Positions 13,849 to 26,468 of a stretch of DNA of 64,000 bases are shown piece after piece. Each line of letters opens with the position of its first letter. Within the stretch, counting starts at the first letter, position 1. A program made the translations under genes and the position numbers. The stretch covers positions 8,184,001-8,248,000 of the forward strand of contig OX597843.1 of assembly GCA_951406725.2 (NCBI GenBank), read 5' to 3'. Origin of the DNA: Octopus vulgaris (Eukaryota). The notes under the pieces were generated by a model. The model saw only the letters and a list, made by a program, of their open reading frames with translations. It had not been told where the DNA came from and did not search any database.

Positions 13849-13918
13849 CATTATTATTATTATCATTATTATTATTATTATTATTATCATTATTATTATT
13901 ATTATTATCATTATTATA

Positions 13919-13989
<71 letters not shown>

Positions 13990-14021
13990 CTTTATTATTA
14001 TTATTATTATTGTTATTGCTA

Positions 14022-14067
<46 letters not shown>

Positions 14068-14098
14068 CATTATTATTATTATTATTATCATTATTATA

Positions 14099-14136
<38 letters not shown>

Positions 14137-14749
14137 CGTCTGTTTTGTCTTTTCATTTCGAATTCTCTTTGTATTTGCGTTTAGCTATGTTGTTGCTGCT
14201 GTTGTTGTTGTTATTAGCAGTACTAGCATGGCTGTTGTGGTTGTTGTTTTAAATGCCGTGTGATCTAAGGACGTGACATGATGCTGTTGATGGCAGTGGT
14301 GCTGGCGCTGGTACTGATAGTGGTAGTGGTTGTCATTGTTGTTGTTGTGGTATTGGTAGTGGTGGTTGTGGTGATAGTGATGGTAGTCATGGTTATGATG
14401 GCAGTGGTTGTGGTGGTGCTGGCGCTAGTGTTGACGGTGACGGTGGTTGTGGTATGATGGTCGTCGTTGTAGCGGTGGTGGTTGTGGTGGTGATGGTGGT
14501 GGTTGTGATTGTGGTAGTTGTTGTGATGCCATTTCTTGTAGAAGTAGTTATTGATGTAGTGGAAAGGTGAAGTGATTAGTGGTGTCTTGACTGCCACCAC
14601 GTTCTGAGTTCAAATTCCGCCGAGGTCGTCTTTACATTTCATCCTTTCTGGGTCGATAAATTAAGTACCAGTTGTGTATTGAGGGCGATCTAATCGTCTA
14701 GTTCCCACCCCCAAAATTTCGGAACTTGTGCCTAGTGTAGAAAAGACTA

Positions 14750-14841
<92 letters not shown>

Positions 14842-15025
14842 GATTATTATTATTTATTATTATCATCATTATCATTATTATCATCATCATCATCATCATC
14901 ATTATTATTATTCATTATTATTTATTATTATAATTATTATTATCATTATTACTATTATTAATATCTATTATTATTATTATTATTAAATTTATTATTATTG
15001 TTATTATTATTATTATTATTATTAT

Positions 15026-15063
<38 letters not shown>

Positions 15064-15252
15064 ATTGTAGTAGTAGTATTAGTATTATTATTATTACTAT
15101 TTATTATCATTATTTATTTTTATACATTATTATTATTATTATTATTATTATTATAATTATTATTTATTATTATTAGTAATTTATCATTTTTATTATTATT
15201 GTTATTATTATTATTATCATTATTATTATTATTGTTATTATTATTATTATTA

Positions 15253-15301
<49 letters not shown>

Positions 15302-15370
15302 TATTATTATTATTATTATTTATTACTATTATTATTATTATTATTATTTCATTAATATTATTATCATTAT
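13090..15370. repeat. (ACT)n/(ATT)n/(GGT)n microsatellite field
   Basis: Long ATT runs with ATC/GTT interruptions; source of the poly-I/L/Y ORFs. Confidence 0.95.
14580..14750 (+). mobile_element. SINE C, older tail type, headless
   Basis: CGTTCTGAGTTCAAATTCCGCCGAGGTCG...TTTCATCCTTTCTGGGTCGATAAATTAAGTACCAG, followed by (ATT)n. Confidence 0.8.
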
Positions 15371-15374
15371 TATT

Positions 15375-15590
15375 AAGGCAGTGTTCTGTCATTATCGTTA
15401 GTATGCTGAACGAAATGCTTAAAGGTTTGTACCTGTTTCTACGTTCTGAGTTCAAATTCCGTCGAGATCGACTTCACGCTTTATCCTTCTGGGGCCAGTA
15501 AAATATGTACCAGTGGAACACAGCGGTCGATGTAATCTACTCTTCCCCTCAACCAAAATTGTTGTCCTTGTGGCAAAACTTGAAACCATT
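15375..15590 (+). mobile_element. SINE C, older tail type, diverged, in (ATT)n
   Basis: AAGGCAG...CGAAATGCTTA...CGTTCTGAGTTCAAATTCC...; (ATT)n on both flanks. Confidence 0.7.
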
Positions 15591-15599
15591 ATAATTATT

Positions 15600-15738
15600 A
15601 TTATTATTCGTAGTAGTAATAGTAGTAGTATTAGTAGTAGTCGTTGAGGTAGTAGTTGTTGTAGAAGTAGTAGGTATAGTAGCAGTGGTGGTGGTAGTAG
15701 TAGTCGTTGAGACAGTAGTTGTAGTAGTAGTAGTAGAT

Positions 15739-15777
<39 letters not shown>

Positions 15778-17327
15778 TAGTAGTGGTTGTAGTAGTAGTA
15801 ATATTAGTGGTAGTACTAATAAGTTGAGTGGTGATGATTGCAATGGTAGTGGTGGTAGTTTTAAAAATGGTTGCGCTGGCAATGGTTGTTTGTGTTTGGT
15901 GGTAGATTGGTAGCAATGGGAGCGGGGAAGATGGGGGGTTATGGTTGAGGCGGTGGTGCTGCTGATGCGGCGGTATTGGTGGTGATGGTCGTATGGCGAC
16001 GACAATCGTGGTGGTGGTGATGGTGATGGTGGTGATGACGACGGAAAAAGACTGCGGTCGCGGTGACAATGTTGGTGATGCCCGTGATGATTATAATGAT
16101 GATGAAGATGATGATGATAGCTATGGCGATGGACGTCGACGGTAATGGTGGCGGTGGTGATGGTCGTAGTGATCGCGGTGGTGGTGGTGGTGGTGATGGC
16201 GGAGGGAGCAAGCAACGGGGGCGGTGGTGAGCGCTGGTTTGTTGGTCTTCATAGCCGTTTATTATACGTAGTTTGGTGTTACTGGGGCCGGCCGTGGTGG
16301 TGGGGTGGAGTGGAGGAGGAGATGATGGATTGCAGCAGGGGGGAGCCAGGGGAAAGGAGATGGGGGGGTTCAATGTGATGGTGAGAGGGGAGAGTGTGGT
16401 TCTGGCGGCGGTGGGGTGGCTGGTCTCGGTTTGATTGGGCGCGGCGAAGGATGGCGAAGGATGATGGCGAAACGCGTGGCGGAAATAGTCGAGGGTGGGG
16501 CGGAGGTAGTGTTGACGGTAGTGGAGGTGGTGGTGACAGCAACGGTGGTGGAGGCGGTGGCGGGCGAGTGTGCGGGGTGTGACTAGTGGTTGCCGCTATA
16601 ACTGTAATAGTATTTATGTTGCAATACTGTTGTGATTAATGTATGGCCTGGTTGTGGCGGTGGTGGCGGTGGTGGTGGTGGTGGTTGTGGTGGTGGTGGT
16701 GGTGGTGGTGGTGGTGGTGGTTGATGGTGGCGGCGTTTGTAGTGATGTTGGTGCTGGTGTTATTGTTGTTCTTGTTGTTGTTGTTGGTGGTGGTGGTGGT
16801 GGTGGTGATGGTGGTGGTGGTGGTGGTGTTTTTGTTCAATGGTGTGTGGCCGTGTGTGCAGCGATGTGTTGAGTGATGATGTGTCGAGTAAACGGGTGAG
16901 TGAGAGAATGAGTGAGGGATTGAGTGAACCGGTGACTGAGTGAGAGAAGGAAAGAGAGAGAGAGAGAGAGAGAGGAGCAATAGAGTGGAGTAGACCATGC
17001 TAAGAGATAAAGACGTAGATAAAGAGAGAGAAACAAAGAGAGTGAGTGAGAAAGGGCGCAAAGTGAAAGAGAGAGAGAGAAAAAAACAGAGAGAGAATGG
17101 CTTGATGTAATGGCGGCCGTTGGAGTAAATCTCGGCGGCGGCGGCGGAGTAGTGACGCGGGGCTGTGGAGGGGACGGCGGTATTTGTTCTATTTTTGTTG
17201 TGATTAACTTAGCATATTTTGGGTTTGTTTATTATTCCTTTATTCCCTTCCACTCTTTCACGCTGCCATCAAATCACTTCTTCTCCCCTTATTATCATCA
17301 TCATCATTATTATCATCATTATTATTA

Positions 17328-17391
<64 letters not shown>

Positions 17392-17426
17392 CATTTTTAT
17401 TATTATTATTATTATTATTATCATTA

Positions 17427-17460
<34 letters not shown>

Positions 17461-17467
17461 TTCATTA

Positions 17468-17516
<49 letters not shown>

Positions 17517-17598
17517 CATTATATTATTATTATTATTATCATTATTATTATTATTATTTTTATTATTATTATTTTTATTAATATTATTACTATTATTA

Positions 17599-17633
<35 letters not shown>

Positions 17634-17640
17634 TTCATTA

Positions 17641-17674
<34 letters not shown>

Positions 17675-17759
17675 CATTATATTATTATTATTATTATTAT
17701 CATTATTATTATTATTATTTTTATTATTATTATTTTTATTAATATTATTACTATTATTA

Positions 17760-17820
<61 letters not shown>

Positions 17821-17910
17821 CTTTATTATTATTATCATTATTATTACTATTATTATTATTATTATTATTATTACAAATTCTTCTTCTTCTTCTTATTATT
17901 ATTATTATTA
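15600..17910. repeat. Mosaic (AGT)n/(GGT)n/(GA)n/(ATT)n with small unique islands
   Basis: Direct reading. Confidence 0.9.
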
Positions 17911-18079
17911 TTGTCGTCGTTTGTGTTGTTGTTGCTTTATTTCTTTCGTCCCCCCGCCTCCCCGCCCTCCCCGCCCTCCTCCCCCGCCAACCGGTCCGTT
18001 TCTCCGTCTGTCCGTTCGTCCGCAGTGACTAAATCATTTTCTCATTCGTCTGAAAACTAAACCCCTTTTATATTCTTTT

Positions 18080-19960
18080 TAATTTGATCATTCATTCGTT
18101 CAGCCGTTTATTCCTTTATTGCTTCGATTATTTGCTCATACCTTTATTCTTTCATTCGTTTCATTCCTTCATTCATGTATTTATTTGTTTATTCCTTCAT
18201 ACGTTTATTCGTTTATTCTTTCAATCGTTTCATTCTTTCCTTCCTTCAGTTATTTATTTGCTCATTCCTTCATTCATTAATTCTTTCATTCATTTCATTC
18301 ATTCATTCCTTTCAGTTATATTTGCTTATTCCTTCATTCGATAACTCTTTCAATCATTCGTTTCATTAATTTATTCACTCGCCTTTATTCATACGTTTAT
18401 TCTTTCATTCATTTCATTCATTCCTTCCTTCACTTATTTATTCGATTATTCCTTCATTCGATAATTCTTTCAATCATTCATTTCATTAATTTATGTATTC
18501 ATTTATGTATTTATTTGCTTATTCCTTCATACGTTTATTCTTTCATTCATTTCATTCATTCATCCCTTCAGTTATTTTTTGCTTACTCCTTCATTCGTTA
18601 ATTCTTTCAATCGTTCATTTCATTCATTTATTTACTCGCCGTTATTCATACGTTTATTCTTTCATTCATTTCATTCATTCATTCCTTCACTTATCTATTT
18701 GCTTATTCCTTCATTCGTTAATTCTTTCAATCATTTCATTCATTCCTTCCTTCACTTATTTATTTGCTTATTCCTTTATTCGATAATTCTTTCAATCGTT
18801 CGTTTCATTCACTTATTTACTCGCCTTCATTCATACGCTTATTCTTTCATTCATTTCATTCCTTCATTTATCTATTCATTTGATTATCCCTTCATTCGTT
18901 AATTCTTTCATTCGTTCATTCATTTATTTATTCGCCTATTGTTTAACTCTTTCATTCATTTCATTCTTCTTTTCATTTCTTCATTCATTTATTCGCCTAT
19001 CCGTTCTTCTCTAACTTCACTCATTCGTTCATGTATTCAAGCATCCCATCGTTTATTCGTTTATATCTTGATACAGTTGTTCTTTCGTTCATCCCTTCAG
19101 TAACTCTTTCATTCGTTTCATTCTTTTTCACTTCTTCCTTCATTTACTCGCCTATTCGTTCATTCACTAACTCCTTCATTGGTTCGTACCTGCAAGTGTT
19201 CATTCACCAGTTCGTTCATTCGTTCATACATTTCTTCTTTCATTCATTCCTTCACTAACTCTTTTATTTGCTCGTTCATTCATTATTTCGAACCTTCTTT
19301 CATCCAGCTGTTCAGTTGTTTCTTCATTCATCGATACTTTCATTCATTCATTCTTTTATTCATTCATTCTTCTGATTCATTCTTCCATTCATCGATACTT
19401 TCATTCATTCATTCTTTTATTCATTCATTCTTCTGATTCATTCTTCCATTCATCGATACATCCATTCATTCATTCTTATATTCATTCATTCTTCTGATCG
19501 TTCCACTATCCCTTTGTTCTTTCCTTCACTTATTCATTCAATTTCTCTTTCATTTATTCATTATTTCCATCACTCGTTCATTCGTTCCTTTTCCCCTCTC
19601 TTTTTTTCATTTTCTTCTTCATTCCTTTGCATTAATCTACTCATTTATTCTATTATACGTTTATTCATTCTTCCTTTAATCCATTTCTTTCCTTTATTTC
19701 TTCGTTTTCCATTCGCTCATTCACCTATTTTCTCCTTCAACCTCTCATTCTATCATTCATTCACTCATTCACTAATTCCTGCATCCTTTGATTCAATCAC
19801 TTAAACACCTTCTTCTAAATTCTTTCATTGCACTAATCCTTCGTTCATTCGTACTGTCGCTCATTCTTCGATTTATTTGCTCATTTTTCTTTTTCAGCCT
19901 TTTACTCTTTCATTCATCCAAGAATTCCTTCATTCTTTGTTCCATTCACTTATTCATCTA
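18080..19960. repeat. Degenerate (TTCA)n-derived field with higher-order repetition
   Basis: Recurrent TTCCTTCATTCG(T/A)TAATTCTTTCAATC and ATACGTTTATTCTTTCATTC. Confidence 0.9.
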
Positions 19961-20261
19961 TTTTTCTCCTTCAGACTTTCATTCGAATTGCATCCATGTT
20001 CGAGAAACACGTCGACAAAAGTTTTAGTCAAACAAATCGACCTCATGGCTTATTTTTTCAAAGCTTGGTAGTTACTTTATCGAACATTTTGCCGAACGAC
20101 TAGTTTGCAGGGACGTAAACACACCAACACTGGTTGTCAAGCGGTGATGGGGGCACACAGTGCGAGGCGGCATTTTGGGCAAGACTTTACAAATATAATC
20201 TCGGATCGGTCAATGCTTTATCACTGAATTAGATGTGGTTGAAACTGCAAAGAAGACTGAC

Positions 20262-20346
<85 letters not shown>

Positions 20347-20348
<2 letters not shown>

Positions 20349-20635
20349 AGGCTATCAGATGTTGCTACACATCGCTAGTCACAATGCGCTTCGAATTGTT
20401 TTAGCCTTCGAATGACGCCACCCCGCTGGCTAAGCGAGCAATCCAACAGAAGAAAGAGTGAGAGAACGTGGTTGCAAAACAGTACAGCAGGGATCACCAC
20501 CATCCCCTGCCGGAGCACCGTGGAGCTTTTAGGTGTTTTCGCTCAATAAACACACACAACGCCCGGTCTGGGAATCGAAACCAGGATCCTACGACCGCGA
20601 GTCTGCTGCCCTAACCAGTGGGCAATTGCGCCTCC
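20347..20635 (-). mobile_element. SINE B head/body with alternative tail 2
   Basis: Head and body as in 61471 up to ...CTCTCACTCTT, then an unrelated tail ...GCTTAGCCAGCGGGGTGGCGTCATTCGAAGG...GATAGCCTGGTAT. Confidence 0.8.
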
Positions 20636-20683
20636 ATATATATATATATATATATACATATTCACACACATACACACACACAC

Positions 20684-20730
<47 letters not shown>

Positions 20731-20957
20731 TATATATAGACATGTACATATATTCGTGAGTGTGGATATATACATATCTATATATATAATATGTATATAT
20801 ATGTGTATATATATATATACATATACATATACTGACATATACATATATATACATATATATATATACAAGGATATGTGTAGAAGCATATGTATATATACAT
20901 ATGCTGATATATATATATATACACACGCATATATATATACACGATATGTGTAGAAGC

Positions 20958-21047
<90 letters not shown>

Positions 21048-21361
21048 GCATACATACAAACCAATAAGTATACGTACGTATCTACATAGAAAAATACTCC
21101 TACATATATATATATATATATAGAAAAGAAAACGAGATATCGCTAAAAAGACAATTTAGTCCCACCACTGATGATGGCGTCGTTACATATCTTATAAGCA
21201 AAATCGCGTGCTTCGTTTTGTTTTGTAGATATAGTCTGCGTTACACTGGAAGCCGGATTCACAACAGATGACACGATTATATTAACACAAACGGAAGCAC
21301 TCATGGAGGGCTTGATGCTAACTACTTCTCTCACAGCTGAAAGTTTAAATTGGACAGGACG

Positions 21362-21440
<79 letters not shown>

Positions 21441-21681
21441 GTATAGGTTAGTGAATTTAGTGTTAGTTTGTAACGGATTTCAACTTTTAAATGCAAATTC
21501 TCAGCAGCTACTGTGGAGGAAAAAATTTGACCGTTCCATCATCATCATCGTTATTTCCCATTGATAACGGCTAAAGAGTTAGAAATGCTTCGTCTGTGAA
21601 TCCTCCATAGGGAAAGTACATGGCAGATATTTTAAACCCTAATTATAATTATACTCATAATTATAGAATTTATATATATAC

Positions 21682-21813
<132 letters not shown>

Positions 21814-21970
21814 TAAAAAAATGGGGTTAACGTAAATATTCAACGTAAACACGAAGTTTCTACCTTTATAAACGAGGAGTTACAACATCTTTACTTGTCA
21901 GATTTTTGCTGCCCTGGTAACTATTTGTTTATTTTTCCGTGTTAATTGTTAACAAGGTAAATATACACTC

Positions 21971-22022
<52 letters not shown>

Positions 22023-22027
22023 TAAAT

Positions 22028-22240
22028 TTAATCCAAACAAGAAAGCACAAAAAAACACAACAACGCGAGGACGTGTAACAAATATAGTATTATTGGACGC
22101 TCGGGAAAGAAGGAAAGAAGGAGGGTTTAACGTTTCGAGCGGAGCTCTTCGTCGGAAACATGGGAGAAGGAAAGATCCAGAGAAGGGAAGACAGAGGAAA
22201 AAAAATCGCCAACGGTACACACGCGGTCACATTTTGAAAT
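22028..22240 (-). mobile_element. Family H1 element, copy 3
   Basis: Minus strand GTTT-CCGACGA-AGAGCTCCGCTC-GAAAC-GTT-AAAC at 22125-22159; (TA)n flanks. Confidence 0.65.
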
Positions 22241-22267
22241 GTATATATATATATATATATATATATA

Positions 22268-22674
22268 TTACTCTTTACTCTTTTACTTGTTTCAGTCATT
22301 TGACTGTGGCCATGCTGGAGCACCACCTTTAATCGAGCAACTCGAGCCCGGGACTTATTTTTTGTAAGCCCAGCACTTATTCTATCAGTCTCTTTTGCCG
22401 AACCGCTAAGTGACAGGGACGTAAACACACCAGCATCGGTTGTCAAGCGATGCTAGGGGGACAAACACAGACACACAAGCACACACACATACATATATAT
22501 ATATACATATATACGACAGACTTCTTTCAGTTTCCGTCTACCAAATCCACTCACAAGGCATTGGTCGACCCGGGGCTATAGCAGAAGACACTTGCCCAAG
22601 ATGCCACGCAGTGGGACTGAACCCGGAACCATGTGGTTGTTTAGCAAGCTACTTACCACACAGCCACTCCTACG

Positions 22675-22718
<44 letters not shown>

Positions 22719-23049
22719 TACGACAGGCTTCTTTCAGTTTCCGTCTACCAAATCCACTCACAAGGCATTGGTCGGCCCGGGGCTATAGCAGAAGACACTT
22801 GCCCAAGATGCCACGCAGTGGGACTGAACCCGGGACCATGTGGTTGGTAAGCAAGCTACTTACCACACAGCCATACACATATATACGACAGGCTTCTTTC
22901 AGTTTCCGTCTACCAAATCCACTCACAAGGCATTGGTCGGCCCGGGGCTATAGCAGAAGACACTTGCCCAAGATGCCACGCAGTGGGACTGAACCGAGAA
23001 CCATGCGGTTGTTTAGCAAGCTACTTACCACACAGCCACTCCTGAGCCT
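22268..23049 (-). mobile_element. SINE A composite: three 5' modules, one tail
   Basis: Head modules at about 22512-22677, 22720-22872 and 22885-23049; single tail at 22268-22480. Confidence 0.9.
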
Positions 23050-23364
23050 ATAAATTTTTATTTATTTTTTTATTTATTTTTTTGAGGTTTAATTTTCTGA
23101 TATTGATTTCACTTCTGATCCTTCGGTGTATTTACACACCGTAGCCATTTTGATAATTAGTGCAAACGCTGCCGGTACATAATTTATAAGAGACAGCGTG
23201 CAATAACGCCATCATAATACGGTCGCGCATTATTACGATTGTTTTCATCAATATCGTTAAAAAATATGACTGAAGTTTTTTTTGTTGCTATTTTGTTGTG
23301 TTTGTTTCTGGGAGTAGGAGGAGAATTTTGCATTCTTTACTGTTACTTTTATACAGAGTAAAAT

Positions 23365-23412
<48 letters not shown>

Positions 23413-23521
23413 AACCTCAACCACCATTATCGTCGCCACCTTCCCCCGCGTCAACACCACTACCACCGTCAGCAAAAAACATAAACATCCTCGCCACAAC
23501 AAACACCATAGCCACTGTTGT

Positions 23522-23637
23522 GGAGGCGCAATGGCCCAGTGGTTAGGGCAGCGGAGTCGCGGTCGGAGGATCGCGGTTTCGATTCCCAGGCCGGGCGTTG
23601 TGTGAGTTTATTGAGCGAAAACACCTAAAGCTCCACA
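23522..23637 (+). mobile_element. SINE B head, truncated
   Basis: GGAGGCGCAATGGCCCAGTGGTTAGGGCAGCGG...CACCTAAAGCTCCAC. Confidence 0.85.
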
Positions 23638-23658
23638 TGTATATGTGTATATATATAT

Positions 23659-24240
23659 ACACTCTTTACTCTTTTACTTGTTTCAGTCATTTGACTGCGG
23701 TCATGCTGGAGCACCGCCTTTAGTCGAGCAAATCGACCCAGGGTCTTATTCTTTGTAAGCCCAGTACTTACTCTATCGGTCTCTTTTGCCGAACCGCTAA
23801 GTGACGGGGACGTAAACACACCAGCATCGGTTGTCAAGCAATGCTAGGGGGACAAACACAGACACACAAACACATACACACCTATATATATACATATATA
23901 TGACGGGCTTCTTTCAGTTTCCGTCTACCAAATCCACTCACAAGGCATTGGTCGGCCCGAGGCTATAGCAGAAGACACTTGTCCAAGATGCCACACAGTG
24001 GGACTGAACCCGGAACCATGTGGTTGATTAGCAAGCTACTTACCACCTTACCACACAGCCACTCCTGTATATAAATATACATATAGATATATATATGGGC
24101 TTCTCTCAGTTTCTGTTTACCAAATCCACTCACCAGGCCTTGGTTGGCTTGAGGCTCTAGTACAAGACACTTGTCCAGGGTGCCACACAGTGGGACCGAA
24201 TCCGGAACCACATGGTCGGGAAGCAAGCTTCTTACCACAC
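23659..24240 (-). mobile_element. SINE A full copy plus extra diverged head
   Basis: Reverse complement of the A consensus. Confidence 0.85.
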
Positions 24241-24629
24241 ATACACACATACACACATATAATATATGTGTGTGTATATGTTCATTCGTGTGTGTATGTG
24301 TGTGTCTACATTCATGTAAATAGCAAGTTCTAGCGGTAGCAATGGGCACTCACTTCACTGAGGAGTCCAAATATCACCGAAACGTATGTAAACACCCTTA
24401 CTTCTTGCACAGCATTCCTTGTTGCATCCCTTGCCTCCCCCTCCCTCCGGAATTCATTCTAAATAAATGATTATCTCTATGGAATTCTATTAACTATAAA
24501 AGCATCTTAGTTTTCTGCTTTAGATCTGTAAACGGCAACTTGGCTGCTCAGTTTGCATGCAGAGGGCATCTCTGGCTATCGTCTGATTCGTACTGATCTA
24601 AAAGGGCTAAACGAAAAATAGCAATAAGA

Positions 24630-24651
24630 GCAATTACTACTACTACTACTG

Positions 24652-24719
<68 letters not shown>

Positions 24720-24786
24720 ACTACCACTACTACTACTACTACTACTGCTACTACTACTACTGCCACCACCACCACCACCACTACCG

Positions 24787-24835
<49 letters not shown>

Positions 24836-25007
24836 CACTACTACTACTGTCATCACCACCACTACCAGCACCACCACCACCACTACCACCACCACCACCA
24901 CCACCACAACCACCACCACCACTACTACTACTGCCACCACCACCACCACCACTACCACCACCACAACCACCACCACCACCACTACTACTACTGTCATCAC
25001 CACCACT

Positions 25008-25038
<31 letters not shown>

Positions 25039-25073
25039 CCACCACCACTACTACTACTGTCATCACCACCACT

Positions 25074-25104
<31 letters not shown>

Positions 25105-25613
25105 CCACCACTACTACTACTACCATCACCATTACCCTCTTTTTCTCTTACCCTCTCTACCTCTTACTCAATCTCTCTCCCACCCCCTCTCTCCCTCTTA
25201 CACAACCCGTCTCCCACCCTCCCTCCCACCCATCTCACTCACCCTGTTACCCTTCTTTCCCATCCCTCTTTCTCTCCTTCTTACTCAGCCCCTCTCTCTC
25301 ATTATGTCTCTCACTCTCTCACTCCCACTCTCTCTCTCTCTCACGCTACAAATCTTCTCCTCCACCTACCACGGTGCTACTTCCTTCCTCACACCGCAAC
25401 CATCACCACCACTACCCTTCTCCATTCACATTACCGTGTGCATACCATCTCCCCTTACACCCCTACACTTATTCTACTTCCCATTTCTACTACTTCCTGT
25501 TGTCGTTTTCATTTCCGGTCCAGCTACTAAGCTAACATTTCAAGTAATTTTTTTCATTGTTTTTTCTCGTCATCGTCATAGCAGCAGCAGCAGTTGTAGT
25601 ATCTGTAGTGGTG

Positions 25614-25667
<54 letters not shown>

Positions 25668-25770
25668 ATGGTGGTGGTGGTGGTGGCAGCGCTGGTGGTA
25701 GTGGTAGTAATACGATGTGGTGTTGTAGTAACAATATTAGTGATGGTGGTGGTGGTTGTAGTAGTAGTAT

Positions 25771-25810
<40 letters not shown>

Positions 25811-26035
25811 GGTGGTGGTGGCGCTGGTGGTGGTGGTGGTGGCGCTGGTGGTGTTGGTGCTGGTGTTGGCTGCGGCGGCGGTGGTGGTGGTGGTGGTGGT
25901 AGTAATACGAAGTGGTGTTGTAGTAACAATATTAGTGGTGGTGGTGGTGGTGGTGGTGGTGGTGGTGGTGGTAGTAGTAGTAGTAGTAGTGTGAGTGCTA
26001 GTAGTAGCATCTGTAGTAGTATCTATGGTGGTGTG
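24630..26035. repeat. (ACT)n/(ACC)n, CT-rich and (GGT)/(AGT) fields
   Basis: Direct reading; duplicated cassette AGTAATACGA(T/A)GTGGTGTTGTAGTAACAATATTAGTG near 25705 and 25901. Confidence 0.9.
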
Positions 26036-26036
26036 T

Positions 26037-26235
26037 GAAGGTGCGTGTCCAAGAGGTTACGGTATTGTAGTCAAGATCACGAGATAGCGATTTCGATTCT
26101 CGAACCGAGTGTCGGTTTCTTAAACAAATTACTTGCCTCTAACGTTGTTCAGCGACCACGTCGACACCAACGTTTTGCACGCGGTTCACCTCTTCAGGTA
26201 ACGTCGATTTTATGGAGGTATTGAGCTAATGTATT
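26037..26235 (+). mobile_element. Old diverged tRNA-headed SINE (fourth family)
   Basis: GAAGGTGCGTGTCCAAGAGGTTACGG (A-box-like) ... GATTTCGATTCTCG (B-box-like). Confidence 0.45.
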
Positions 26236-26284
26236 TTCGGCGAGAAATTGCAGATACCTTCATTTTTTGCCTACAAGAGAGTCA

Positions 26285-26460
26285 ATCACACACGCACAGA
26301 GACCAACATATGGTTTGATAAGCTGCATGAGCTCAGCTGGACCCGTTTGGGAGGACCCAGCTGAATCAACTGGTGACGATTAAGTCTGATAATATCCAAT
26401 TGAAGGTGAGTTGGCGGACTCTGCCCCTGTCATCCGTTCGGGTATAAGGGGACCAAAAAG
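26285..26460 (+). mobile_element. RTE-like LINE 3' end remnant
   Basis: Translates IWFDKLHELSWTRLGG...WRTLPL, resembling the RTE/Rex3 ORF C-terminus (RW.DY...L.W.RLG...W..LL..LPP), judged from memory. Confidence 0.45.
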
Positions 26461-26468
26461 ATTAGATG

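Noticed and set aside
11669-14184. Long ORFs rich in Pro/Thr/His/Leu/Tyr (extensin- or mucin-like)
   Set aside because: Open in several frames on both strands because they are trinucleotide SSRs; no splice or domain support.
21210-21365. Possible exon after TTTTGTTTTGTAG
   Set aside because: No convincing donor site and the peptide is unrecognisable.
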